NCBI RefSeq assembly: GCF_009914755.1
Contig: NC_060940.1
From: the human T2T-CHM13v2.0 reference genome, Homo sapiens
Strand: one strand, 5' to 3'
DNA: 64,000 nucleotides
Made by a program: the position numbers and the translations under genes. Positions 11,201 through 24,572 of this stretch are shown here, piece by piece. A model generated the notes under the pieces. It was not told where the DNA came from, did not search any database, and saw only the letters and a program-made list of their open reading frames with translations. Numbering within the stretch: the stretch's first letter is position 1; the number at the start of each line of letters is the position of its first letter.

Positions 11201-13790
11201 ACCTTCCTTTAGACAGAGCAGATTTGAAAGTCTCTTTCTGTGGAATTTGCATGTGGAGATTTCAAGCGCTTTGAGGCCAAAAGCAGAAAAGGAAATATTT
11301 TCCTATAAAAACTCGACAGAATCTTTCTCAGAAACTGCTCTGGGATGTGTGCGTTCAACTCACAGAGTTTAACTTTTCTTTTCATTCAGCAGTTTGGAAA
11401 CACTCTGTTTGGAAAGTCTGCACGTGGATATTTTGACCTCTTTGAGGCCTTCGTTGGAAACGGGTTTTTTTCATGTAAGGCTAGACAGAAGAAATCTCAG
11501 TAACTTCCTTGTGTTGTGTGTATTCAACTGACAGAGTTGAACCTTCCTTTAGACAGAGCAGATTCGAAACACTCTTTTTCTGCAATTTGCAAGTGGAGAC
11601 TTCAAGCGCTTTGAGGCCAAAGGCAGAAAAGGAAATATCTTCGTATAAAAACCCGACAGAATCATTCTCAGAAACTGCTCTGTGATGTGTGCGTTCAACT
11701 CACAGAGTTTAACTTTTCTTTTCATTCAGCAGTTTGGAAACACTCTGTTTGTAAAGTCTGCAAGTGGATATCTTGGCCTCTTAGAGGCCTTCGTTGGAAA
11801 CGGGTTTTTTCATGTAAGGATAGACAGAGGAATTCCCAGTAACTTCCTTGTGTTGTGTGCATTCAACTCACAGAGTTGAATGATTCTTTACACAGAGCAG
11901 ATTTGAGACACTCTTTTGGTGGAATTTGTAAGTGGAGAATTCAGCCGCTTTGAGGTCAACGGTAGAAAAGGAAATATCTTCGTATAAAAACTAGGCAGAA
12001 TGATTCTCAGAAACTGTTTTGTGATGTGTGCGTTCAACTCACAGAGTTTAACCTTTCTTTTCAAAGAGCAGTTAGGAAACACTCTGTTTGTAAAGTCTGC
12101 AAGTGGATATTCAGACCTCTTTGAGGCCTTCGTTGGAAACGGGATTTCTTCATATTATGCTAGACAGATGAATTCTCAGTAACTTCCTTGTGTTGTGTGT
12201 ATTCAACTCACAGAGTTGAACGATCCTTTACACAGAGCAGATTTGAAACACTGTTTTTCTGGAATTTGCAAGTGGAGATTTCAGCCGCTTTGAGGTCAAT
12301 GGTAGAAAAGGAAATATCTTCGTATAAAAACTAGACAGAATGATTCTCAGAAACTCCTTTGTGATGTGTGCGTTCAACTCACAGAGTTTAACCTTTCTTT
12401 TCACAGAGCAGTTAGGAAACACTCTGTTTGTGAAGCCTGCCAGTGGATATTCGGACCTCTTTGAGGCCTTCGTTGGAAACGGGATTTCTTCATATTATGC
12501 TAGACAGAAGATTTCTCAGTAACTTCTTTGGGTTGTGTGTATGCAACTCACAGAGTTCAACCTTCCTTTAGACAGAGCAGATTTGAAACACTCTTTTTGT
12601 GGAATTTGCAAGTGGAGATTTCAAGCGCTTCGATGCCAATGGTAGAAAAGGAAATATCTTCGTATAAAAACAAGACAAACTCGTTCCCAGACACTGCGTA
12701 GTGATGTGTGTGTTTAACTCACAGAGTTTCACCTTTCTTTTCATACAGCATTCTGGAAACCCTCTGTTTGTAAAGTCTGCAAGTGGATATTTGGACCTCT
12801 TAGATGCCTTCGTTGGAAACGGGATTTCTTCATATAATGCTAGAGGGAAGAATTCTTAGTAACTTCTTTGTGTTGTGTGTATTCAACTGACAGAGTTGAA
12901 CCTTCCTTTAGACAGAGCAGATTTGAAAGTCTCTTTTTGTGGAATTTGCAAGTGGAGATTTCAAGCGCTTTGAGGCCAAAAGCAGAAAAGGAAATATTTT
13001 CCTATAAAAACTAGACAGAATCTTTCTCAGAAACTGCTCTGGGATGTGTGCGTTCAACTCACAGAGTTTAACTTTTCTTTTCATTCAGCAGTTTGGAAAC
13101 ACTCTGTTTGGAAAGTCTGCACGTGGATATTTTGACCTCTTTGAGGCCTTCGTTGGAAACGGGTTTTTTTCATGTAAGGCTAGACAGAAGAAATCTCAGT
13201 AACTTCCTTGTGTTGTGTGTATTCAACTGACAGAGTTGAACCTTCCTTTAGACAGAGCAGATTCGAAACACTCTTTTTCTGCAATTTGCAAGTGGAGACT
13301 TCAAGCGCTTTGAGGCCAAAGGCAGAAAAGGAAATATCTTCGTATAAAAACCCGACAGAATCATTCTCAGAAACTGCTCTGTGATGTGTGCGTTCAACTC
13401 ACAGAGTTTAACTTTTCTTTTCATTCAGCAGTTTGGAAACACTCTGTTTGTAAAGTCTGCAAGTGGATATCTTGGCCTCTTAGAGGCCTTCGTTGGAAAC
13501 GGGTTTTTTCATGTAAGGTTAGACAGAGGAATTCCCAGTAACTTCCTTGTGTTGTGTGCATTCAACTCACAGAGTTGAATGATTCTTTACACAGAGCAGA
13601 TTTGAGACACTCTTTTGGTGGAATTTGTAAGTGGAGAATTCAGCCGCTTTGAGGTCAACGGTAGAAAAGGAAATATCTTCGTATAAAAACTAGACAGAAT
13701 GATTCTCAGAAACTCCTTTGTGATGTGTGCGTTCAACTCACAGAGTTTAACCTTTCTTTTCACAGAGCAGTTAGGAAACACTCTGTTTGT
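6930..13790 (+). repeat. 3,058-bp tandem super-repeat (8-mer + 10-mer = 18-mer), about 2.2 copies
   Basis: Rare SNVs pair at exactly 3,058 bp: 8194/11252, 8937/11995, 9473/12531, 9672/12730, 9706/12764 and 9955/13013. The same deletion junction recurs near 7544, 10602 and 13660. Boundaries are approximate. Confidence 0.9.
9964..11322 (+). repeat. 8-mer HOR variant (1,359 bp), copy of the 6906 unit
   Basis: Anchor spacing 10323 to 11682 is 1,359, with the same m4-to-m7 junction (10602-10656) and the shared A>T at 11252. Confidence 0.93.
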
Positions 13791-14380
13791 AAAGTCTGCA
13801 AGTGGATATTCAGACCTCTTTGAGGCCTTCGTTGGAAACGGGATTTCTTCATATTATGCTAGACAGATGAATTCTCAGTAACTTCCTTGTGTTGTGTGTA
13901 TTCAACTCACAGAGTTCAACCTTCCTTTAGACAGAGCAGATTTGAAACACTCTTTTTGTGGAATTTGCAAGTGGAGATTTCAAGCGCTTCGATGCCAATG
14001 GTAGAAAAGGAAATATCTTCGTATAAAAACAAGACAAACTCGTTCCCAGACACTGCGTAGTGATGTGTGTGTTTAACTCACAGAGTTTCACCTTTCTTTT
14101 CATACAGCATTCTGGAAACCCTCTGTTTGTAAAGTCTGCAAGTGGATATTTGGACCTCTTAGATGCCTTCGTTGGAAACGGGATTTCTTCATATAATGCT
14201 AGAGGGAAGAATTCTTAGTAACTTCTTTGTGTTGTGTGTATTCAACTGACAGAGTTGAACCTTCCTTTAGACAGAGCAGATTTGAAAGTCTCTTTTTGTG
14301 GAATTTGCAAGTGGAGATTTCAAGCGCTTTGAGGCCAAAAGCAGAAAAGGAAATATTTTCCTTTAAAAACTCGACAGAAT
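13022..14380 (+). repeat. 8-mer HOR variant with mosaic m7/m5 and m6/m8 hybrid monomers
   Basis: Anchor spacing 13381 to 14740 is 1,359. Markers are m7-type at 13715-13763, m5/m6-type at 13791-13902 and m8-type from 13917. Confidence 0.9.
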
Positions 14381-14846
14381 CTTTCTCAGAAACTGCTCTG
14401 GGATGTGTGCGTTCAACTCACAGAGTTTAACTTTTCTTTTCATTCAGCAGTTTGGAAACACTCTGTTTGGAAAGTCTGCACGTGGATATTTTGACCTCTT
14501 TGAGGCCTTCGTTGGAAACGGGTTTTTTTCATGTAAGGCTAGACAGAAGAAATCTCAGTAACTTCCTTGTGTTGTGTGTATTCAACTGACAGAGTTGAAC
14601 CTTCCTTTAGACAGAGCAGATTCGAAACACTCTTTTTCTGCAATTTGCAAGTGGAGACTTCAAGCGCTTTGAGGCCAAAGGCAGAAAAGGAAATATCTTC
14701 GTATAAAAACCCGACAGAATCATTCTCAGAAACTGCTCTGTGATGTGTGCGTTCAACTCACAGAGTTTAACTTTTCTTTTCATTCAGCAGTTTGGAAACA
14801 CTCTGTTTGTAAAGTCTGCAAGTGGATATCTTGGCCTCTTAGAGGC

Positions 14847-14863
14847 CTTCGTTGGAAATGGGT
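14847..14863 (+). promoter_or_regulatory. Mutated CENP-B box in m3 (core CGGG to TGGG)
   Basis: CTTCGTTGGAAATGGGT carries C>T at 14859, the same HOR position as 588. Confidence 0.9.
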
Positions 14864-16079
14864 TTTTTCATGTAAGGTTAGACAGAGGAATTCCCAGTAA
14901 CTTCCTTGTGTTGTGTGCATTCAACTCACAGAGTTGAATGATTCTTTACACAGAGCAGATTTGAGACACTCTTTTGGTGGAATTTGTAAGTGGAGAATTC
15001 AGCCGCTTTGAGGTCAACGGTAGAAAAGGAAATATCTTCGTATAAAAACTAGACAGAATGATTCTCAGAAACTGTTTTGTGATGTGTGCGTTCAACTCAC
15101 AGAGTTTAACCTTTCTTTTCAAAGAGCAGTTAGGAAACACTCTGTTTGTAAAGTCTGCAAGTGGATATTCAGACCTCTTTGAGGCCTTCGTTGGAAACGG
15201 GATTTCTTCATATTATGCTAGACAGATGAATTCTCAGTAACTTCCTTGTGTTGTGTGTATTCAACTCACAGAGTTGAACGATCCTTTACACAGAGCAGAT
15301 TTGAAACACTGTTTTTCTGGAATTTGCAAGTGGAGATTTCAGCCGCTTTGAGGTCAATGGTAGAAAAGGAAATATCTTCGTATAAAAACTAGACAGAATG
15401 ATTCTCAGAAACTCCTTTGTGATGTGTGCGTTCAACTCACAGAGTTTAACCTTTCTTTTCACAGAGCAGTTAGGAAACACTCTGTTTGTGAAGCCTGCCA
15501 GTGGATATTCGGACCTCTTTGAGGCCTTCGTTGGAAACGGGATTTCTTCATATTATGCTAGACAGAAGATTTCTCAGTAACTTCTTTGTGTTGTGTGTAT
15601 GCAACTCACAGAGTTCAACCTTCCTTTAGACAGAGCAGATTTGAAACACTCTTTTTGTGGAATTTGCAAGTGGAGATTTCAAGCGCTTCGATGCCAATGG
15701 TAGAAAAGGAAATATCTTCGTATAAAAACAAGACAAACTCGTTCCCAGACACTGCGTAGTGATGTGTGTGTTTAACTCACAGAGTTTAACCTTTCTTTTC
15801 ATACAGCATTCTGGAAACCCTGTGTTTGTAAAGTCTGCAAGTGGATATTTGGACCTCTTAGATGCCTTCGTTGGAAACGGGATTTCTTCATATAATGCTA
15901 GAGGGAAGAATTCTTAGTAACTTCTTTGTGTTGTGTGTATTCAACTGACAGAGTTGAACCTTCCTTTAGACAGAGCAGATTTGAAAGTCTCTTTTTGTGG
16001 AATTTGCAAGTGGAGATTTCAAGCGCTTTGAGGCCAAAAGCAGAAAAGGAAATATTTTCCTATAAAAACTCGACAGAAT

Positions 16080-17776
16080 CTTTCTCAGAAACTGCTCTGG
16101 GATGTGTGCGTTCAACTCACAGAGTTTAACTTTTCTTTTCATTCAGCAGTTTGGAAACACTCTGTTTGGAAAGTCTGCACGTGGATATTTTGACCTCTTT
16201 GAGGCCTTCGTTGGAAACGGGTTTTTTTCATGTAAGGCTAGACAGAAGAAATCTCAGTAACTTCCTTGTGTTGTGTGTATTCAACTGACAGAGTTGAACC
16301 TTCCTTTAGACAGAGCAGATTCGAAACACTCTTTTTCTGCAATTTGCAAGTGGAGACTTCAAGCGCTTTGAGGCCAAAGGCAGAAAAGGAAATATCTTCG
16401 TATAAAAACCCGACAGAATCATTCTCAGAAACTGCTCTGTGATGTGTGCGTTCAACTCACAGAGTTTAACTTTTCTTTTCATTCAGCAGTTTGGAAACAC
16501 TCTGTTTGTAAAGTCTGCAAGTGGATATCTTGGCCTCTTAGAGGCCTTCGTTGGAAACGGGTTTTTTCATGTAAGGTTAGACAGAGGAATTCCCAGTAAC
16601 TTCCTTGTGTTGTGTGCATTCAACTCACAGAGTTGAATGATTCTTTACACAGAGCAGATTTGAGACACTCTTTTGGTGGAATTTGTAAGTGGAGAATTCA
16701 GCCGCTTTGAGGTCAACGGTAGAAAAGGAAATATCTTCGTATAAAAACTAGACAGAATGATTCTCAGAAACTGTTTTGTGATGTGTGCGTTCAACTCAGA
16801 GTTTAACCTTTCTTTTCAAAGAGCAGTTAGGAAACACTCTGTTTGTAAAGTCTGCAAGTGGATATTCAGACCTCTTTGAGGCCTTCGTTGGAAACGGGAT
16901 TTCTTCATATTATGCTAGACAGATGAATTCTCAGTAACTTCCTTGTGTTGTGTGTATTCAACTCACAGAGTTGAACGATCCTTTACACAGAGCAGATTTG
17001 AAACACTGTTTTTCTGGAATTTGCAAGTGGAGATTTCAGCCGCTTTGAGGTCAATGGTAGAAAAGGAAATATCTTCGTATAAAAACTAGACAGAATGATT
17101 CTCAGAAACTCCTTTGTGATGTGTGCGTTCAACTCACAGAGTTTAACCTTTCTTTTCACAGAGCAGTTAGGAAACACTCTGTTTGTGAAGCCTGCCAGTG
17201 GATATTCGGACCTCTTTGAGGCCTTCGTTGGAAACGGGATTTCTTCATATTATGCTAGACAGAAGATTTCTCAGTAACTTCTTTGTGTTGTGTGTATGCA
17301 ACTCACAGAGTTCAACCTTCCTTTAGACAGAGCAGATTTGAAACACTCTTTTTGTGGAATTTGCAAGTGGAGATTTCAAGCGCTTCGATGCCAATGGTAG
17401 AAAAGGAAATATCTTCGTATAAAAACAAGACAAACTCGTTCCCAGACACTGCGTAGTGATGTGTGTGTTTAACTCACAGAGTTTAACCTTTCTTTTCATA
17501 CAGCATTCTGGAAACCCTGTGTTTGTAAAGTCTGCAAGTGGATATTTGGACCTCTTAGATGCCTTCGTTGGAAACGGGATTTCTTCATATAATGCTAGAG
17601 GGAAGAATTCTTAGTAACTTCTTTGTGTTGTGTGTATTCAACTGACAGAGTTGAACCTTCCTTTAGACAGAGCAGATTTGAAAGTCTCTTTTTGTGGAAT
17701 TTGCAAGTGGAGATTTCAAGCGCTTTGAGGCCAAAAGCAGAAAAGGAAATATTTTCCTATAAAAACTCGACAGAAT
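16080..17776 (+). repeat. 10-mer HOR with a 2-bp (CA) deletion in m5 (1,697 bp)
   Basis: TCAACTCAGAGTTT at 16791-16804 replaces the usual TCAACTCACAGAGTTT. Anchor spacing 16439 to 18136 is 1,697. Confidence 0.9.
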
Positions 17777-20700
17777 CTTTCTCAGAAACTGCTCTGGGAT
17801 GTGTGCGTTCAACTCACAGAGTTTAACTTTTCTTTTCATTCAGCAGTTTGGAAACACTCTGTTTGGAAAGTCTGCACGTGGATATTTTGACCTCTTTGAG
17901 GCCTTCGTTGGAAACGGGTTTTTTTCATGTAAGGCTAGACAGAAGAAATCTCAGTAACTTCCTTGTGTTGTGTGTATTCAACTGACAGAGTTGAACCTTC
18001 CTTTAGACAGAGCAGATTCGAAACACTCTTTTTCTGCAATTTGCAAGTGGAGACTTCAAGCGCTTTGAGGCCAAAGGCAGAAAAGGAAATATCTTCGTAT
18101 AAAAACCCGACAGAATCATTCTCAGAAACTGCTCTGTGATGTGTGCGTTCAACTCACAGAGTTTAACTTTTCTTTTCATTCAGCAGTTTGGAAACACTCT
18201 GTTTGTAAAGTCTGCAAGTGGATATCTTGGCCTCTTAGAGGCCTTCGTTGGAAGCGGGTTTTTTCATGTAAGGATAGACAGAGGAATTCCCAGTAACTTC
18301 CTTGTGTTGTGTGCATTCAACTCACAGAGTTGAATGATTCTTTACACAGAGCACATTTGAGACACTCTTTTGGTGGAATTTGTAAGTGGAGAATTCAGCC
18401 GCTTTGAGGTCAACGATAGAAAAGCAAATATCTTCGTATAAAAACTAGACAGAATGATTCTCAGAAACTGTTTTGTGATGTGTGCGTTCAACTCACAGAG
18501 TTTAACCTTTCTTTTCAAAGAGCAGTTAGGAAACACTCTGTTTGTAAAGTCTGCAAGTGGATATTCAGACCTCTTTGAGGCCTTCGTTGGAAACGGGATT
18601 TCTTCATATTATGCTAGACAGATGAATTCTCAGTAACTTCCTTGTGTTGTGTGTATTCAACTCACAGAGTTAAACGATCCTTTACACAGAGCAGATTTGA
18701 AACACTGTTTTTCTGGAATTTGCAAGTGGAGATTTCAGCCGCTTTGAGGTCAATGGTAGAAAAGGAAATATCTTCGTATAAAAACTAGACAGAATGATTC
18801 TCAGAAACTCCTTTGTGATGTGTGCGTTCAACTCACAGAGTTTAACCTTTCTTTTCACAGAGCAGTTAGGAAACACTCTGTTTGTGAAGCCTGCCAGTGG
18901 ATATTCGGACCTCTTTGAGGCCTTCGTTGGAAACGGGATTTCTTCATATTATGCTAGACAGAAGATTTCTCAGTAACTTCTTTGTGTTGTGTGTATGCAA
19001 CTCACAGAGTTCAACCTTCCTTTAGACAGAGCAGATTTGAAACACTCTTTTTGTGGAATTTGCAAGTGGAGATTTCAAGCGCTTCGATGCCAATGGTAGA
19101 AAAGGAAATATCTTCGTATAAAAACAAGACAAACTCGTTCCCAGACACTGCGTAGTGATGTGTGTGTTTAACTCACAGAGTTTAACCTTTCTTTTCATAC
19201 AGCATTCTGGAAACCCTGTGTTTGTAAAGTCTGCAAGTGGATATTTGGACCTCTTAGATGCCTTCGTTGGAAACGGGATTTCTTCATATAATGCTAGAGG
19301 GAAGAATTCTTAGTAACTTCTTTGTGTTGTGTGTATTCAACTGACAGAGTTGAACCTTCCTTTAGACAGAGCAGATTTGAAAGTCTCTTTCTGTGGAATT
19401 TGCAAGTGGAGATTTCAAGCGCTTTGAGGCCAAAAGCAGAAAAGGAAATATTTTCCTATAAAAACTAGACAGAATCTTTCTCAGAAACTGCTCTGGGATG
19501 TGTGCGTTCAACTCACAGAGTTTAACTTTTCTTTTCATTCAGCAGTTTGGAAACACTCTGTTTGGAAAGTCTGCACGTGGATATTTTGACCTCTTTGAGG
19601 CCTTCGTTGGAAACGGGTTTTTTTCATGTAAGGCTAGACAGAAGAAATCTCAGTAACTTCCTTGTGTTGTGTGTATTCAACTGACAGAGTTGAACCTTCC
19701 TTTAGACAGAGCAGATTCGAAACCCTCTTTTTCTGCAATTTGCAAGTGGAGACTTCAAGCGCTTTGAGGCCAAAGGCAGAAAAGGAAATATCTTCGTATA
19801 AAAACCCGACAGAATCATTCTCAGAAACTGCTCTGTGATGTGTGCGTTCAACTCACAGAGTTTAACTTTTCTTTTCATTCAGCAGTTTGGAAACACTCTG
19901 TTTGTAAAGTCTGCAAGTGGATATCTTGGCCTCTTAGAGGCCTTCGTTGGAAGCGGGTTTTTTCATGTAAGGATAGACAGAGGAATTCCCAGTAACTTCC
20001 TTGTGTTGTGTGCATTCAACTCACAGAGTTGAATGATTCTTTACACAGAGCACATTTGAGACACTCTTTTGGTGGAATTTGTAAGTGGAGAATTCAGCCG
20101 CTTTGAGGTCAACGATAGAAAAGCAAATATCTTCGTATAAAAACTAGACAGAATGATTCTCAGAAACTGTTTTGTGATGTGTGCGTTCAACTCACAGAGT
20201 TTAACCTTTCTTTTCAAAGAGCAGTTAGGAAACACTCTGTTTGTAAAGTCTGCAAGTGGATATTCAGACCTCTTTGAGGCCTTCGTTGGAAACGGGATTT
20301 CTTCATATTATGCTAGACAGATGAATTCTCAGTAACTTCCTTGTGTTGTGTGTATTCAACTCACAGAGTTAAACGATCCTTTACACAGAGCAGATTTGAA
20401 ACACTGTTTTTCTGGAATTTGCAAGTGGAGATTTCAGCCGCTTTGAGGTCAATGGTAGAAAAGGAAATATCTTCGTATAAAAACTAGACAGAATGATTCT
20501 CAGAAACTCCTTTGTGATGTGTGCGTTCAACTCACAGAGTTTAACCTTTCTTTTCACAGAGCAGTTAGGAAACACTCTGTTTGTGAAGCCTGCCAGTGGA
20601 TATTCGGACCTCTTTGAGGCCTTCGTTGGAAACGGGATTTCTTCATATTATGCTAGACAGAAGATTTCTCAGTAACTTCTTTGTGTTGTGTGTATGCAAC

Positions 20701-23700
20701 TCACAGAGTTCAACCTTCCTTTAGACAGAGCAGATTTGAAACACTCTTTTTGTGGAATTTGCAAGTGGAGATTTCAAGCGCTTCGATGCCAATGGTAGAA
20801 AAGGAAATATCTTCGTATAAAAACAAGACAAACTCGTTCCCAGACACTGCGTAGTGATGTGTGTGTTTAACTCACAGAGTTTAACCTTTCTTTTCATACA
20901 GCATTCTGGAAACCCTGTGTTTGTAAAGTCTGCAAGTGGATATTTGGACCTCTTAGATGCCTTCGTTGGAAACGGGATTTCTTCATATAATGCTAGAGGG
21001 AAGAATTCTTAGTAACTTCTTTGTGTTGTGTGTATTCAACTGACAGAGTTGAACCTTCCTTTAGACAGAGCAGATTTGAAAGTCTCTTTTTGTGGAATTT
21101 GCAAGTGGAGATTTCAAGCGCTTTGAGGCCAAAAGCAGAAAAGGAAATATTTTCCTATAAAAACTCGACAGAATCTTTCTCAGAAACTGCTCTGGGATGT
21201 GTGCGTTCAACTCACAGAGTTTAACTTTTCTTTTCATTCAGCAGTTTGGAAACACTCTGTTTGGAAAGTCTGCACGTGGATATTTTGACCTCTTTGAGGC
21301 CTTCGTTGGAAACGGGTTTTTTTCATGTAAGGCTAGACAGAAGAAATCTCAGTAACTTCCTTGTGTTGTGTGTATTCAACTGACAGAGTTGAACCTTCCT
21401 TTAGACAGAGCAGATTCGAAACACTCTTTTTCTGCAATTTGCAAGTGGAGACTTCAAGCGCTTTGAGGCCAAAGGCAGAAAAGGAAATATCTTCGTATAA
21501 AAACCCGACAGAATCATTCTCAGAAACTGCTCTGTGATGTGTGCGTTCAACTCACAGAGTTTAACTTTTCTTTTCATTCAGCAGTTTGGAAACACTCTGT
21601 TTGTAAAGTCTGCAAGTGGATATCTTGGCCTCTTAGAGGCCTTCGTTGGAAACGGGTTTTATCATGTAAGGTTAGACAGAGGAATTCCCAGTAACTTCCT
21701 TGTGTTGTGTGCATTCAACTCACAGAGTTGAATGATTCTTTACACAGAGCAGATTTGAGACACTCTTTTGGTGGAATTTGTAAGTGGAGAATTCAGCCGC
21801 TTTGAGGTCAACGGTAGAAAAGGAAATATCTTCGTATAAAAACTAGACAGAATGATTCTCAGAAACTGTTTTGTGATGTGTGCGTTCAACTCACAGAGTT
21901 TAACCTTTCTTTTCAAAGAGCAGTTAGGAAACACTCTGTTTGTAAAGTCTGCAAGTGGATATTCAGACCTCTTTGAGGCCTTCGTTGGAAACGGGATTTC
22001 TTCATATTATGCTAGACAGATGAATTCTCAGTAACTTCCTTGTGTTGTGTGTATTCAACTCACAGAGTTGAACGATCCTTTACACAGAGCAGATTTGAAA
22101 CACTGTTTTTCTGGAATTTGCAAGTGGAGATTTCAGCCGCTTTGAGGTCAATGGTAGAAAAGGAAATATCTTCGTATAAAAACTAGACAGAATGATTCTC
22201 AGAAACTCCTTTGTGATGTGTGCGTTCAACTCACAGAGTTTAACCTTTCTTTTCACAGAGCAGTTAGGAAACACTCTGTTTGTGAAGCCTGCCAGTGGAT
22301 ATTCGGACCTCTTTGAGGCCTTCGTTGGAAACGGGATTTCTTCATATTATGCTAGACAGAAGATTTCTCAGTAACTTCTTTGTGTTGTGTGTATGCAACT
22401 CACAGAGTTCAACCTTCCTTTAGACAGAGCAGATTTGAAACACTCTTTTTGTGGAATTTGCAAGTGGAGATTTCAAGCGCTTCGATGCCAATGGTAGAAA
22501 AGGAAATATCTTCGTATAAAAACAAGACAAACTCGTTCCCAGACACTGCGTAGTGATGTGTGTGTTTAACTCACAGAGTTTAACTTTTCTTTTCATACAG
22601 CATTCTGGAAACCCTGTGTTTGTAAAGTCTGCAAGTGGATATTTGGACCTCTTAGATGCCTTCGTTGGAAACGGGATTTCTTCATATAATGCTAGAGGGA
22701 AGAATTCTTAGTAACTTCTTTGTGTTGTGTGTATTCAACTGACAGAGTTGAACCTTCCTTTAGACAGAGCAGATTTGAAAGTCTCTTTCTGTGGAATTTG
22801 CAAGTGGAGATTTCAAGCGCTTTGAGGCCAAAAGCAGAAAAGGAAATATTTTCCTATAAAAACTCGACAGAATCTTTCTCAGAAACTGCTCTGGGATGTG
22901 TGCGTTCAACTCACAGAGTTTAACTTTTCTTTTCATTCAGCAGTTTGGAAACACTCTGTTTGGAAAGTCTGCACGTGGATATTTTGACCTCTTTGAGGCC
23001 TTCGTTGGAAACGGGTTTTTTTCATGTAAGGCTAGACAGAAGAAATCTCAGTAACTTCCTTGTGTTGTGTGTATTCAACTGACAGAGTTGAACCTTCCTT
23101 TAGACAGAGCAGATTCGAAACACTCTTTTTCTGCAATTTGCAAGTGGAGACTTCAAGCGCTTTGAGGCCAAAGGCAGAAAAGGAAATATCTTCGTATAAA
23201 AACCCGACAGAATCATTCTCAGAAACTGCTCTGTGATGTGTGCGTTCAACTCACAGAGTTTAACTTTTCTTTTCATTCAGCAGTTTGGAAACACTCTGTT
23301 TGTAAAGTCTGCAAGTGGATATCTTGGCCTCTTAGAGGCCTTCGTTGGAAACGGGTTTTTTCATGTAAGGATAGACAGAGGAATTCCCAGTAACTTCCTT
23401 GTGTTGTGTGCATTCAACTCACAGAGTTGAATGATTCTTTACACAGAGCAGATTTGAGACACTCTTTTGGTGGAATTTGTAAGTGGAGAATTCAGCCGCT
23501 TTGAGGTCAACGGTAGAAAAGGAAATATCTTCGTATAAAAACTAGACAGAATGATTCTCAGAAACTGTTTTGTGATGTGTGCGTTCAACTCACAGAGTTT
23601 AACCTTTCTTTTCAAAGAGCAGTTAGGAAACACTCTGTTTGTAAAGTCTGCAAGTGGATATTCAGACCTCTTTGAGGCCTTCGTTGGAAACGGGATTTCT

Positions 23701-24572
23701 TCATATTATGCTAGACAGATGAATTCTCAGTAACTTCCTTGTGTTGTGTGTATTCAACTCACAGAGTTGAACGATCCTTTACACAGAGCAGATTTGAAAC
23801 ACTGTTTTTCTGGAATTTGCAAGTGGAGATTTCAGCCGCTTTGAGGTCAATGGTAGAAAAGGAAATATCTTCGTATAAAAACTAGACAGAATGATTCTCA
23901 GAAACTCCTTTGTGATGTGTGCGTTCAACTCACAGAGTTTAACCTTTCTTTTCACAGAGCAGTTAGGAAACACTCTGTTTGTGAAGCCTGCCAGTGGATA
24001 TTCGGACCTCTTTGAGGCCTTCGTTGGAAACGGGATTTCTTCATATTATGCTAGACAGAAGATTTCTCAGTAACTTCTTTGTGTTGTGTGTATGCAACTC
24101 ACAGAGTTCAACCTTCCTTTAGACAGAGCAGATTTGAAACACTCTTTTTGTGGAATTTGCAAGTGGAGATTTCAAGCGCTTCGATGCCAATGGTAGAAAA
24201 GGAAATATCTTCGTATAAAAACAAGACAAACTCGTTCCCAGACACTGCGTAGTGATGTGTGTGTTTAACTCACAGAGTTTAACCTTTCTTTTCATACAGC
24301 ATTCTGGAAACCCTGTGTTTGTAAAGTCTGCAAGTGGATATTTGGACCTCTTAGATGCCTTCGTTGGAAACGGGATTTCTTCATATAATGCTAGAGGGAA
24401 GAATTCTTAGTAACTTCTTTGTGTTGTGTGTATTCAACTGACAGAGTTGAACCTTCCTTTAGACAGAGCAGATTTGAAAGTCTCTTTTTGTGGAATTTGC
24501 AAGTGGAGATTTCAAGCGCTTTGAGGCCAAAAGCAGAAAAGGAAGTATTTTCCTATAAAACCTCGACAGAAT

